DNA of 25,949 nucleotides from a virus. Its lineage: Duplodnaviria > Caudoviricetes. The stretch is taken from positions 1 through 25,949 of the IMG/VR virus record IMGVR_UViG_3300032269_000111; one strand, written 5' to 3'. Shown in pieces: positions 16,372 to 24,464 of this stretch. Each line of letters opens with the position of its first letter. The stretch's first letter is position 1. The notes under the pieces were generated by a model. It was not told where the DNA came from. It worked only from the letters and a program-made list of their open reading frames with translations, and ran no database searches. A program made the position numbers and the translations under genes.

Positions 16372-16684
16372 AACGAGAGTTTAAACGTTCTCACGAACGT
16401 TCGCAAGCAGTTTAAACAAAAATATATATACCCCCGGGGGTGTTAAAAAAGAAAGAGTATGGGGGGGTGTTTCTATGCGAACGTTCTCAGATGTTGGGGG
16501 AAGATAATTGTTTGTGTGGAATAGAGTGTAATAGGCGGCGGGGTGCATTGACGTCAATTTGGGGGGTTGGGGTACGGCAGGGGTCACGCCAGCGCCAATC
16601 GTTTAAACACGCAATGCCGTGTAAACGTACCGCACGCACCGATGACCGATGTCGATGCCACGCACTGCACTACAGCCACGCACA

Positions 16685-17314
16685 CTAGGCACTGCGCTTA
16701 TCAGTCTTGAGTAGTCTGAGGTGAACACCCAACTCACGTTTCAACTGCTCTGCGCTTACAGCAACAGATTCAGTCTCAGCCTTATCGATGAACAAACCCG
16801 TTGACTTACCAAGTAGTTCAAGTGCTTTTAACTTAGTACCCTCTTGTTTGGCTGTCTTACTATGTGCAACCAACTGTCTCAATACATACCTTTGCGTTGC
16901 CGCTCTATCCTCCGCAAGGTGCTCTGCTGTCTCTTCTAGTGCATCTCTCACCATCTCTGCAATACGTGGATCTCTGCTCAGTCTGTATGCGCTTGTCGTT
17001 ATAGACCCGTCAGACCCTTGTGCGTTTGGGTATGCGTCTCTGTAAGCTTGTTTGTACGTTAGCCCTCTGATGAGCCCTTGAGCGAACATCAACTGCGATG
17101 GTGATAATGGTCTTACCCTTGTATATGTCTCACTACTGTGAGGTTTGCCATCTGCCCTTATAAGAGGTGCATCTGCATGAGCCGCAAGCCGTTCCGCTTC
17201 GCTGATTTCGCCCAGCCCTTCATCATTATCATTCTGATCATCATCATCATTCTGACTTGCATCCTCCAATGCCTGCAAGTACTGTTCTTTCGATATCTTT
17301 TGCATAGTGATCAC
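16685..17314 (-). CDS. terS: Terminase small subunit
   Basis: LS..Q..FA.......KQAYRDAY...TSAYRLSRDPRI HTH and KLKALELLGK..GLF; upstream of terL; start could be ATG 17305. Confidence 0.8.
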   Translation of the reverse strand: MITMQKISKEQYLQALEDASQNDDDDQNDNDEGLGEISEAERLAAHADAPLIRADGKPHSSETYTRVRPLSPSQLMFAQGLIRGLTYKQAYRDAYPNAQGSDGSITTSAYRLSRDPRIAEMVRDALEETAEHLAEDRAATQRYVLRQLVAHSKTAKQEGTKLKALELLGKSTGLFIDKAETESVAVSAEQLKRELGVHLRLLKTDKRSA

Positions 17315-17378
17315 CCTTTGCTATTTGCTTGTAGCTGTACAAATCTACACCCTGACAGTTTAAACAGTATTGTTCGCA

Positions 17379-17499
17379 TTGTCCACAGGTTATTATGTTA
17401 TCCACAAGTTGTTAATGTGGACAACTAGCCGTTTCTGTGGATAACCCGCAGACCGCTGTGCATAACAAGTTATCCACACTGGTCGAGACCTTATCCACA
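17379..17499. promoter_or_regulatory. Cluster of seven DnaA boxes (oriC-like array)
   Basis: Perfect TTATCCACA at 17398, 17470, 17491 and reverse TGTGGATAA at 17436; one-mismatch boxes at 17379 (TTGTCCACA), 17416 (TGTGGACAA) and 17457 (TGTGCATAA). Confidence 0.88.
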
Positions 17500-17752
17500 T
17501 GGGTCTAGGATCGATTTAAACACCCCTACAAGCGATTTTCTTTTTTACCCTCATTACCCCCTTGGCTTTTGATTTTCCCCGCCTTGCTGGTCGTTTTAAG
17601 CGTTTTCTAATACTTTGGTTATTTGCTTACCAAAAGTAAACCTTACGTATACAAACACTTAGAAACTACACCAACATATAAGAATGCATCGCAGATCCAG
17701 CACCTAAGTTAGTAAGTCTTCACTTCAACTATTTTTAACTTTTTTTTGTGAT

Positions 17753-17787
17753 CGTGTAAACGCAACCCGTCAATCTTGCGTTATAGT
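17753..17787 (+). promoter_or_regulatory. Putative early promoter P1 (CGTGTAAAC-N15-TGCGT-TATAGT)
   Basis: Same motif and spacing as the copy at 18878; sits upstream of the first plus-strand gene. Confidence 0.65.
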
Positions 17788-17844
17788 CCTGTTACCAAAA
17801 ACATCACTAGTAATAGTGAACCAACCAACCCGAAAGGCATCACC

Positions 17845-18030
17845 ATGAAATATCTTGTAACCGTCAGGGCAGTTATCAAAAAGACCATTGAGGTGGAAGC
17901 CAAATACGCAAGCGAAGCAAGTGTTGAAGCGCTTGCAATGTTTGCAGTGTCTGAGTTTAAAGAACACGATTGGTTTGATATTGATGTTTCTTCTGTGCAT
18001 GAAAAAATTGAGGGCGACAACCATGCGTAA
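17845..18030 (+). CDS. Small early hypothetical protein (61 aa)
   Basis: GAAAGG SD, ATG 17845 (MKYLVTVRAVIKKTIEVEA). Confidence 0.7.
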   Translation: MKYLVTVRAVIKKTIEVEAKYASEASVEALAMFAVSEFKEHDWFDIDVSSVHEKIEGDNHA

Positions 18031-18262
18031 ACAGATGACTGCCAAATACGCTGGACGCTGTGCCGTGTCAGGCGCACCCATCCGCAAGGGTGACTGGATC
18101 ACCTTTGATACCGTGACCCGCAAGGCATGGTTCACTGAGCAAGGCGACTGTCAAGTGTCGTTCAATGACCACACAAACCGCCGTGCCGCATGGCAACACA
18201 ACGCACCGTACAACGCCGAGTTTTTAGGCGCACAACCCGCCCGTGCTGGACAGGACTACTAA
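18023..18262 (+). CDS. Small early hypothetical protein (79 aa)
   Basis: GAGGG SD, ATG 18023 (MRKQMTAKYAGRCAVSGAPIRKGD.I). Confidence 0.7.
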   Translation: MRKQMTAKYAGRCAVSGAPIRKGDWITFDTVTRKAWFTEQGDCQVSFNDHTNRRAAWQHNAPYNAEFLGAQPARAGQDY

Positions 18263-18278
18263 ACCCTTGAAAGAACCT

Positions 18279-18530
18279 ATGACCTACACCAATCTGAACC
18301 GCATCGCCACTGACAAGGTCAGCCGATACACGCTTGCTCAATGCGAGTATGCCATCGCAGATATCCATTCAACCCTTGCTCTGCATGATGGTGACTTGTC
18401 TCACCCCTACGTGGCAAAGCTTTACGCTGAATTGGATGCTGTGCGTGACCGCCGCATGGTCTTGCAATCTAAAAATCTGCGCACTCGCCGTGCTGTCCGC
18501 TCTGCCCACGCTCTCATTGACTCACTCTGA
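18279..18530 (+). CDS. Small early helical hypothetical protein (83 aa)
   Basis: GAAAG SD, ATG 18279. Confidence 0.7.
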   Translation: MTYTNLNRIATDKVSRYTLAQCEYAIADIHSTLALHDGDLSHPYVAKLYAELDAVRDRRMVLQSKNLRTRRAVRSAHALIDSL

Positions 18531-18540
18531 AAGGTAAACC

Positions 18541-18693
18541 ATGTACTACATTTTTATGACTATTGCCTCTGTTGTTTTTGTCCTGCTTGGTGCAACCAAT
18601 GTCGAGGGCGGTTACTTGTGGATTGCCATGCTGGTGATCGGCGGCATCTACCTTGGTCACGTGGTGACCGAAGCTTTAAACGAAAGGGGTTAA
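18541..18693 (+). CDS. 50-aa two-TM membrane protein (not in ORF track)
   Basis: GAAAGG SD; MYYIFMTIASVVFVLLGATNVEGGYLWIAMLVIGGIYLGHVVTEALNERG*. Confidence 0.75.
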   Translation: MYYIFMTIASVVFVLLGATNVEGGYLWIAMLVIGGIYLGHVVTEALNERG

Positions 18694-18695
18694 TC

Positions 18696-18884
18696 ATGGA
18701 TCAATACACCGCCGTGGGCATTGCAGAGGGATTTATCGATGCCGATTCTGAGGATCAATACTTTGCCGCTTGGCAGTACCTTGTTGATACAGGGCTTGCA
18801 TGGCAGTTGCAGGGATTTTTTGGACGCACCGCCGCCGCCTTGATTGACCAAGGCTTGATCGAAAATAAATTTCAGCCCGTGTAA
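18696..18884 (+). CDS. Small phage protein with AWQ.LVDTG.AW.LQG.FGRTA..LI..G motif
   Basis: AAAGGGG SD, ATG 18696; motif recognisable from phage early regions. Confidence 0.8.
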   Translation: MDQYTAVGIAEGFIDADSEDQYFAAWQYLVDTGLAWQLQGFFGRTAAALIDQGLIENKFQPV

Positions 18885-18922
18885 ACCAACTGCTAGTGAA
18901 ATGCGTTATACTTTCACTAGCA
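18878..18922 (+). promoter_or_regulatory. Putative early promoter P2 (CGTGTAAAC-N15-TGCGT-TATACT) inside an 11-bp inverted repeat
   Basis: TGCTAGTGAAA (18891-18901) and TTTCACTAGCA (18912-18922) flank the -10 hexamer. Confidence 0.65.
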
Positions 18923-18942
18923 TCAACAAACCGAAAGAAATC

Positions 18943-19530
18943 ATGACTAATTTTCAAACCCGTGAAGAGTGGCTACAAGCTGGTGTTAATGAGTTGCGCA
19001 CCAGCTTTGACATGATCAGCAAGCCCCTGCCCAAAAAGATACGTGTCGCCTGCGGTTTCCCCTTGAATGCTAAGCGCAGTAAAGCTATCGGCGAGTGCTG
19101 GGCATCTGACAATTCTGCTGACAAAGCCATTGAAATTCTGATCAGCCCCACCATCGCAGACCCCGTTGATGTATTCGCAGTGCTGGTGCATGAGTTATGC
19201 CATGCCACTGCTGGTGCAATGAATCACGGCATCAACTTTCAAAAAGCCGCCACTGCTATGTTGATTGAACCCTGCGGTGACCCTGCACAAAAAAATGCGT
19301 GGAAATCCACCCGTGGCACAAAGAACTTTGCATCAGCCTACAGCGATTTGATCGCAAGCTTGGGCGCATACCCTCACGGCGAATTGTCCTACTCTGACCG
19401 CAAGGTGCAGGGTACACGCATGATTAAGGCATCCTGCCCCGCCTGTGGTTATACAGTGCGACTCACTGCTAAGTGGGGGGCGAAGGGTCTCCCGATCTGC
19501 CCGACTGATGGCGAAACCTTTAACATTTAA
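18943..19530 (+). CDS. SprT-like Zn metalloprotease with C-terminal Cys cluster
   Basis: VLVHELCH (HEXXH), downstream HG..F, C-terminal CPACGY.VR....W...G.P.CP; GAAAG SD before ATG 18943. Confidence 0.82.
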   Translation: MTNFQTREEWLQAGVNELRTSFDMISKPLPKKIRVACGFPLNAKRSKAIGECWASDNSADKAIEILISPTIADPVDVFAVLVHELCHATAGAMNHGINFQKAATAMLIEPCGDPAQKNAWKSTRGTKNFASAYSDLIASLGAYPHGELSYSDRKVQGTRMIKASCPACGYTVRLTAKWGAKGLPICPTDGETFNI

Positions 19531-19545
19531 CGTGAAAGAATCATT

Positions 19546-21039
19546 ATGGCTAAAAACGACATTCAACATTTCGCAATTGAAATCAGCCGCCTTGGCAGTG
19601 CAAGGATCAACGGCGCATTTCAAGCCGCCTACAGTGAAACGCCACTTGATGCAAAATCTGCAATTGAGCGATTAGCACATTCGGTTGTTTTTGGATCTTT
19701 GACAATGGATGAGATCCGATCCTCTGCGCCGATACAAGTCACTGCCCCTGCGCCATCCTACGTGCCGTCTGCCCCCGCTGATGCCCCCGCTGTCAAGGCA
19801 CTTGAAGCCACTGTAGGGCGATCAATGGATACCGCCCTTGAAGCAAACAGCCTTGCGCTAAACGTCAAGCAGGGGTTGAATGATTTAGCCAACAGGGTTA
19901 GCACTGTGGCAGATATAAGCATTGAGATGGGCGATAAGCTGGTCAAGCTTGAACGATCCATAAACCAAAAGATTGGCGAGGTAAAGGGCGAGGTTGACCC
20001 TGCCGCCCTGCAATTGCAAGTTGCCAAGGCTGTGGCTGATACCTTTGCCCCGTTTAAACAGGCTACGCAACCCGAAATGATGACAGTATTTGCTGAGGAT
20101 GCAGGGGTTTACGTGACTGAAACCAAGTCGGTGCGTGATGTATTCGGTGTTGACGCACGTGACGTTCATGGCAATGTGCTGACTGTGGACTTGTGGAACC
20201 ATCCAAATGCCCCTGCGATTGACCCCAATTTTATTTGGACTGCGCCGATCTTGCGTCAGTTGCTATTGTCTCAATCAACGGGCGAACACTTGTGGTTCGG
20301 TGGCGAAAAGGGTACGGGTAAGAGCGAAACAGCCCGTCAATTTGCCGCCCGCACGGGTCGCAATTACGTGCGGATCAACTTCCACAAATACACCACAGCA
20401 GAGGATTATTTGGGCGCAGTGGGCTTGGTCAACGGCGAGACAGTGTTTCAGTCAAAGGATTTTCTGATGGCTTACACCTCACCTAGCACAGTGATTCTGT
20501 TGGATGAGGTGACCAACGCTGATGCTGGTGAGTTAGCCCCGCTGAATGGTTTCCTTGAACCCAACAGCGCAGTGTCCTATGGTGGTGCTGTGCGCCGTAA
20601 AGCCAACGGGGTGCTGGTGTTTGCCGCTGATAACACCTTGGGTAATGGCGATGACTCAGGACGATACGCTGGTACACGCACCATGAACAGCGCACTAGTT
20701 GATCGCTTTGCCCGTATCGTTCACTTTGAGTATTTGCCCTTGGCGCAAGAGGTCGAGGCTGTGGTGCGCCATACGGGTTGCAATGAGGATCTTGCAAGGC
20801 ACGTGCTGAAAGCCGTCCATGTCGCCCGATCCAAGGTTAGCACGGGCGATATCGTGGATGCCCCATCTATCCGCTCAGTGATCGGTTTTATTCGGGCATT
20901 GGCAGTGCTGAATGTCGATACCGCATGGGCGAGTGCAGTGGTAAACCGCCAACCAGCAGAATCCCACGCCGCATTGGCGAGTGTCTTTGCCGCTTGCATT
21001 GACCCTGACTACATCAACAAACAATTGGGAGGTGTTTAA
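19546..21039 (+). CDS. MoxR/CbbQ/CobS-like AAA+ ATPase with N-terminal coiled coil
   Basis: Walker A GEKGTGKS, Walker B ILLDE, AADNTLGNG, YAGT..MNSALVDRF, PSIRS. Confidence 0.9.
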   Translation: MAKNDIQHFAIEISRLGSARINGAFQAAYSETPLDAKSAIERLAHSVVFGSLTMDEIRSSAPIQVTAPAPSYVPSAPADAPAVKALEATVGRSMDTALEANSLALNVKQGLNDLANRVSTVADISIEMGDKLVKLERSINQKIGEVKGEVDPAALQLQVAKAVADTFAPFKQATQPEMMTVFAEDAGVYVTETKSVRDVFGVDARDVHGNVLTVDLWNHPNAPAIDPNFIWTAPILRQLLLSQSTGEHLWFGGEKGTGKSETARQFAARTGRNYVRINFHKYTTAEDYLGAVGLVNGETVFQSKDFLMAYTSPSTVILLDEVTNADAGELAPLNGFLEPNSAVSYGGAVRRKANGVLVFAADNTLGNGDDSGRYAGTRTMNSALVDRFARIVHFEYLPLAQEVEAVVRHTGCNEDLARHVLKAVHVARSKVSTGDIVDAPSIRSVIGFIRALAVLNVDTAWASAVVNRQPAESHAALASVFAACIDPDYINKQLGGV

Positions 21040-21041
21040 AC

Positions 21042-22667
21042 ATGAAATCTTTTTACAAAGGTTATGAGGTTCGCAAGGCTGTGCAAACCCTTGGCTACAA
21101 AGTCTGCACATACCTTAACTTGCGTCAAGTAAAGATCGGTTGGAACAGCGGTATTCAAACCGCCTGTATCAACGCAAAGGGTGTAATTTGGCTTGCTGAT
21201 CTTGCCGATGATGCAGTGGTCAGCCGTGCTGTATTCGAGGATTACTGCGGGTATGTGGTGCATGAGTTGTTGCACCGCAAATATACTGACTTTAGTGTGC
21301 GTGGCGATACCCCCTACCTTGCCCGCCTGCACAATGCGGTCGAGGATGTATGGATTGAACGCATGGCTGTTAAGGTTAAGTTGACAGGCAACATTGAAGC
21401 CCTGTTGTCCAACCTCATCAACGGCATGATCGACAAGGCTTTTGAAGCCAAAATCGATTGGGCTGATCCCCTGCAATACCCGTTTGTCTTTGCCGCCTAT
21501 GGTCGCCACTATGCCAAGCGTGTTCCCCTTGCGCAGGGTCTAAAGCCCATCTTTGATAAGGCATCCTTGATGATTGATGATTGCGTGTCCAGCACCCATA
21601 CCCTGCAAGTGGCTAAGTGGATCATGGATCAACTGAAAAGCTTAGATGATGATGGTCAAGGCGATGGGTCTGAGACCGATCAGGACGGGCAGAAAGAGGG
21701 GGAAAATGGCAAGGGTGAGGGTCAGGGTCAAGGCGAGGGTGAAAGCCCCTCTGATGGCGATGCTGATGGTAGTGGCGAGGGTGCTGGCGATGAGCAAGGC
21801 GAGGGCGAGGGTGTAGGCAAAGCCTCTGCGCCTGATGAGCAGTCCGATCCCGTCGAGGTCGAGCCCACCAATAAAGCCCCCGAAGACTGCGGCGGGTCGG
21901 GTTCCTACTGTGAGCAATCAGGCACTTGCAGTGCTGATGACCACGCAAGCTTGAACAACCGCCCCGATCCACGTTTCACAATCCCATCAACTGTCCCCGC
22001 CAAGTTGCGTTATGAAGTCAAACGCTTATTTGAAAACTCAGGCTTGTCTGAATTCCAACGCAACCGCAAAGCAGGGTCGATCAACGTCCATGCCCTGCCA
22101 ACAGTGGCGATGGGTAGTGACCGCCTGTTTAAACGTAGACAGGAAACTGAGGGCATTGACAGCGCAGTGGTTATTGTGCTGGATGTATCGGGGTCGATGT
22201 TTGAGGATTATGGCAACCCTGATGCAGAGCGCATGAGTGCCGCCATTCAGACAACCGCCGCCCTGCTGGATACTTTGAATCGTGCTGGTGTTGCGACTTG
22301 CGTCCTGACATTTGGCGATGAGACCGCCATCCTCAAGCCGTGGGATATGAATGTCAAAAGAGCAAATGAATTACTGCCCCGCATCGAAACAGGCGGTGGG
22401 TCGAATGATTACTTTGCGATTCGATATGGTCACGGGCTGTTGTTGCAACGCACCGAACAGCGCAAGGTTATGTTTGTGGTCACCGATGGCGATGGTCACA
22501 GATCCTACGCAAGGGAGCAAGCCAAGGTTGGCGAGCGACTTGGTATCACCACCATTGGGGTCGGGATACAACACGATGTGTCGGGTGTTTACACAAACAA
22601 CGTACACGTTAAGACAATTGCAGATCTTGGGTCTGCATCATTTAAGCAAATCAAACTAGCCGCATAA
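21042..22667 (+). CDS. CobT-like protein: HEXXH domain, acidic Gly-rich linker, C-terminal VWA domain
   Basis: HELLH..YT, N.VED.WIE, D/E/G linker, MIDAS LDVSGSM, VVTDGDG, IGVGI. Confidence 0.88.
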   Translation: MKSFYKGYEVRKAVQTLGYKVCTYLNLRQVKIGWNSGIQTACINAKGVIWLADLADDAVVSRAVFEDYCGYVVHELLHRKYTDFSVRGDTPYLARLHNAVEDVWIERMAVKVKLTGNIEALLSNLINGMIDKAFEAKIDWADPLQYPFVFAAYGRHYAKRVPLAQGLKPIFDKASLMIDDCVSSTHTLQVAKWIMDQLKSLDDDGQGDGSETDQDGQKEGENGKGEGQGQGEGESPSDGDADGSGEGAGDEQGEGEGVGKASAPDEQSDPVEVEPTNKAPEDCGGSGSYCEQSGTCSADDHASLNNRPDPRFTIPSTVPAKLRYEVKRLFENSGLSEFQRNRKAGSINVHALPTVAMGSDRLFKRRQETEGIDSAVVIVLDVSGSMFEDYGNPDAERMSAAIQTTAALLDTLNRAGVATCVLTFGDETAILKPWDMNVKRANELLPRIETGGGSNDYFAIRYGHGLLLQRTEQRKVMFVVTDGDGHRSYAREQAKVGERLGITTIGVGIQHDVSGVYTNNVHVKTIADLGSASFKQIKLAA

Positions 22668-22679
22668 GGGAGAATCAAA

Positions 22680-22910
22680 ATGAAAGTGAAAAGCCAAGAA
22701 CAACTGTCGATGCGAACCGACAGGCTCGATGACGAATCAGTTGTTGTCAACTTTGATGTGTACGACACTGAACAACGTGAGGTGACAAAGGACGGTGGGT
22801 ATGTGCATATCCGCCAAGAGTTGGAGTTCTTTAATGTGACTGTCTATGACTGCAATGGGGATATTCTGAGCGAGGTGAATGTTCCATTTAACTTTAAGGA
22901 ATTGGCATGA
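22680..22910 (+). CDS. Hypothetical protein
   Basis: AAGGGAG SD; ATGA overlap with the next gene. Confidence 0.7.
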   Translation: MKVKSQEQLSMRTDRLDDESVVVNFDVYDTEQREVTKDGGYVHIRQELEFFNVTVYDCNGDILSEVNVPFNFKELA

Positions 22911-23335
22911 AAATACTGAATACACCTTATGTAGATTTAGATGACTTGATCGAAGAGCATGGCGAAGACAAGGCGCAAGTCTTGTTTGAACAATTTAGAA
23001 ATACGCCGCCCGATGGCGAACCCGACAAGGACTTTGCGCAGAGCATCGTTGACCGCTTGCCGAAAGGTATGGCGGTGCTGGCAAAAGTCGAGTGGATGTT
23101 GGAAAACCCCGAATCTGAATCGGATTTGCATTGGTGTCAGCACTACCACTTTGACTTCCCAGCAATAAAAAGCTGGGGGATGGTTGAGGTAGGGGGCAAC
23201 CACTACTATGCGTATGTCGAGGGCGATGACAATGGCGGTGAAACATGGAAGCATCAAGGTGACGCTATCCAGTATTTAGAAGACGCTGTTACAAGATTAA
23301 AAAGGGAGATGACACATGAAAAGGAAAATATATGA
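22907..23335 (+). CDS. Acidic hypothetical protein
   Basis: AAGGA SD; ATGA overlaps at both ends. Confidence 0.7.
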   Translation: MKILNTPYVDLDDLIEEHGEDKAQVLFEQFRNTPPDGEPDKDFAQSIVDRLPKGMAVLAKVEWMLENPESESDLHWCQHYHFDFPAIKSWGMVEVGGNHYYAYVEGDDNGGETWKHQGDAIQYLEDAVTRLKREMTHEKENI

Positions 23336-23562
23336 GCGAAAATGATTTAAGCCAAAAAGAATTTTCAATGTTCTATGAGGGGCTTGTTCACATGGTTGGA
23401 CACACAAGCCTATCCCCGCAAGAGGTCTTGGCATCGCTTGTAAAAATAATAGTGTTGCTCTCTTTAGCGACTGGGACTGACAAGCAAAAGCTGTTGACAG
23501 CAATTGATCTTGTGTGGGAATACGAAAACTTTTTTCAACCAACTGATAATGAGGTGCATTGA
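23332..23562 (+). CDS. Hypothetical protein
   Basis: AAGGA SD; overlaps the upstream stop. Confidence 0.65.
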   Translation: MSENDLSQKEFSMFYEGLVHMVGHTSLSPQEVLASLVKIIVLLSLATGTDKQKLLTAIDLVWEYENFFQPTDNEVH

Positions 23563-23816
23563 TGGATGCTTTAGAGATTATTAAGGACTTGCGTGAGTAT
23601 GGACTTTACCCAACCATTATTGATATTGGATTGGGTTGTGCTGAGTTTAGGCTCGCTGTAAAGATTAGCGATTCAATTGATATTTTTTATGCTGGTAAGT
23701 GTTTAAACAAATATCTTTTGTCGGTAGACATAGATGCGAATTGCGTAAAAGATTATTTGTATTTTGAAAACCTGCCAATTAACGAAAAAGTTTTTATTGA
23801 AATTGTTGGGGGCTAA
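23562..23816 (+). CDS. Hypothetical protein
   Basis: GAGGTG SD; TGATG overlap gives ATG at 23562. Confidence 0.6.
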   Translation: MDALEIIKDLREYGLYPTIIDIGLGCAEFRLAVKISDSIDIFYAGKCLNKYLLSVDIDANCVKDYLYFENLPINEKVFIEIVGG

Positions 23817-23891
23817 TTGAATTCATATGGCATATGTGTTTGCATCCCTTGCCCCCGCAAGATTTGGGGGATGCAATCTTTCAAACAATCA

Positions 23892-23936
23892 ACCGCAGAT
23901 TGAATATGCTGAGGCGGTGACGGCGGGAGAGACCGC
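23892..23936 (+). ncRNA. Candidate two-hairpin leader RNA
   Basis: ACCGC/GCGGT stem (23892-23896 with 23914-23918), GACG linker, GCGG-GAGAGA-CCGC hairpin; intergenic, 30 nt before the next ATG. Confidence 0.35.
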
Positions 23937-23965
23937 ACATAACTTTAACTTTTGGGAGAAACAAC

Positions 23966-24133
23966 ATGATGAGCAATGAACTTATAGAAGAAATATTTGA
24001 AGCTGATGCGGCAGGATGGTCTATTACAGAAATTGCCAACGATTTAAAGATTTCAAAACAAGAGATAGTAGATTTATTTTTGCGATATGAAAGATACGAG
24101 CCTAACGATCCATCACTTGATGTTGACGCATGA
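23966..24133 (+). CDS. 55-aa HTH-like protein (not in ORF track)
   Basis: GGGAG SD; MMSNELIEEIFEADAAGWSITEIANDLKISKQEIVDLF... has HTH spacing; ATGA overlap with the next gene. Confidence 0.7.
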   Translation: MMSNELIEEIFEADAAGWSITEIANDLKISKQEIVDLFLRYERYEPNDPSLDVDA

Positions 24134-24369
24134 GGGTTATCAAAATACTTGATGCCCACTGCCCTAAGTTTTATGCTGAAGTATCGCCTTGGAAATGCGT
24201 GGCTGTGGTCGCTGATCAATCCTATGTACCCAAGGGCGAACGATACATCACATACGACAATGGGTCATGGATTGTTTACGCTAAGTCCCGTGTACATATG
24301 TCTGTGCCGAGGTACGCTGGTAGGTATAACAATGTTTTATCTGCTGTACATAAAGCTCGGCTTGTTTAA
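24130..24369 (+). CDS. Hypothetical protein, last of the plus-strand operon
   Basis: ATGA-coupled to the HTH gene; followed by a terminator. Confidence 0.65.
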   Translation: MRVIKILDAHCPKFYAEVSPWKCVAVVADQSYVPKGERYITYDNGSWIVYAKSRVHMSVPRYAGRYNNVLSAVHKARLV

Positions 24370-24429
24370 ACAGTCTTGCAGCAAGCTCATCTGGTGAGCT
24401 GCTGCTACGCTGCTACGCTATGTTTAAAC

Positions 24430-24458
24430 AGGGGGATAAGATTTCTTATCCCCCTTTT
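24430..24458 (+). terminator. Intrinsic terminator between convergent operons
   Basis: AGGGGGATAAGA-TT-TCTTATCCCCCT-TTT; may also act on the minus strand. Confidence 0.85.
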
Positions 24459-24464
24459 CTACGT

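Noticed and set aside
16381-16688. ORFs 16381..16587 (-) and 16440..16688 (+)
   Set aside because: No SD, translation dominated by G/C homopolymer runs; better explained as non-coding signal DNA.
19546-22667. cobS/cobT as cobalamin auxiliary metabolic genes
   Set aside because: No cobN or other cob genes here; the motifs support only a generic MoxR-AAA/VWA pair, so no gene symbols were assigned.
23881-24219. Minus-strand 112-aa ORF
   Set aside because: Antisense to a better-supported plus-strand HTH gene (23966..24133) with SD and ATGA coupling.
24398-24420. Short GCTGCTAC tandem repeat
   Set aside because: About two and a half copies of 8 bp beside a terminator; too short to interpret.
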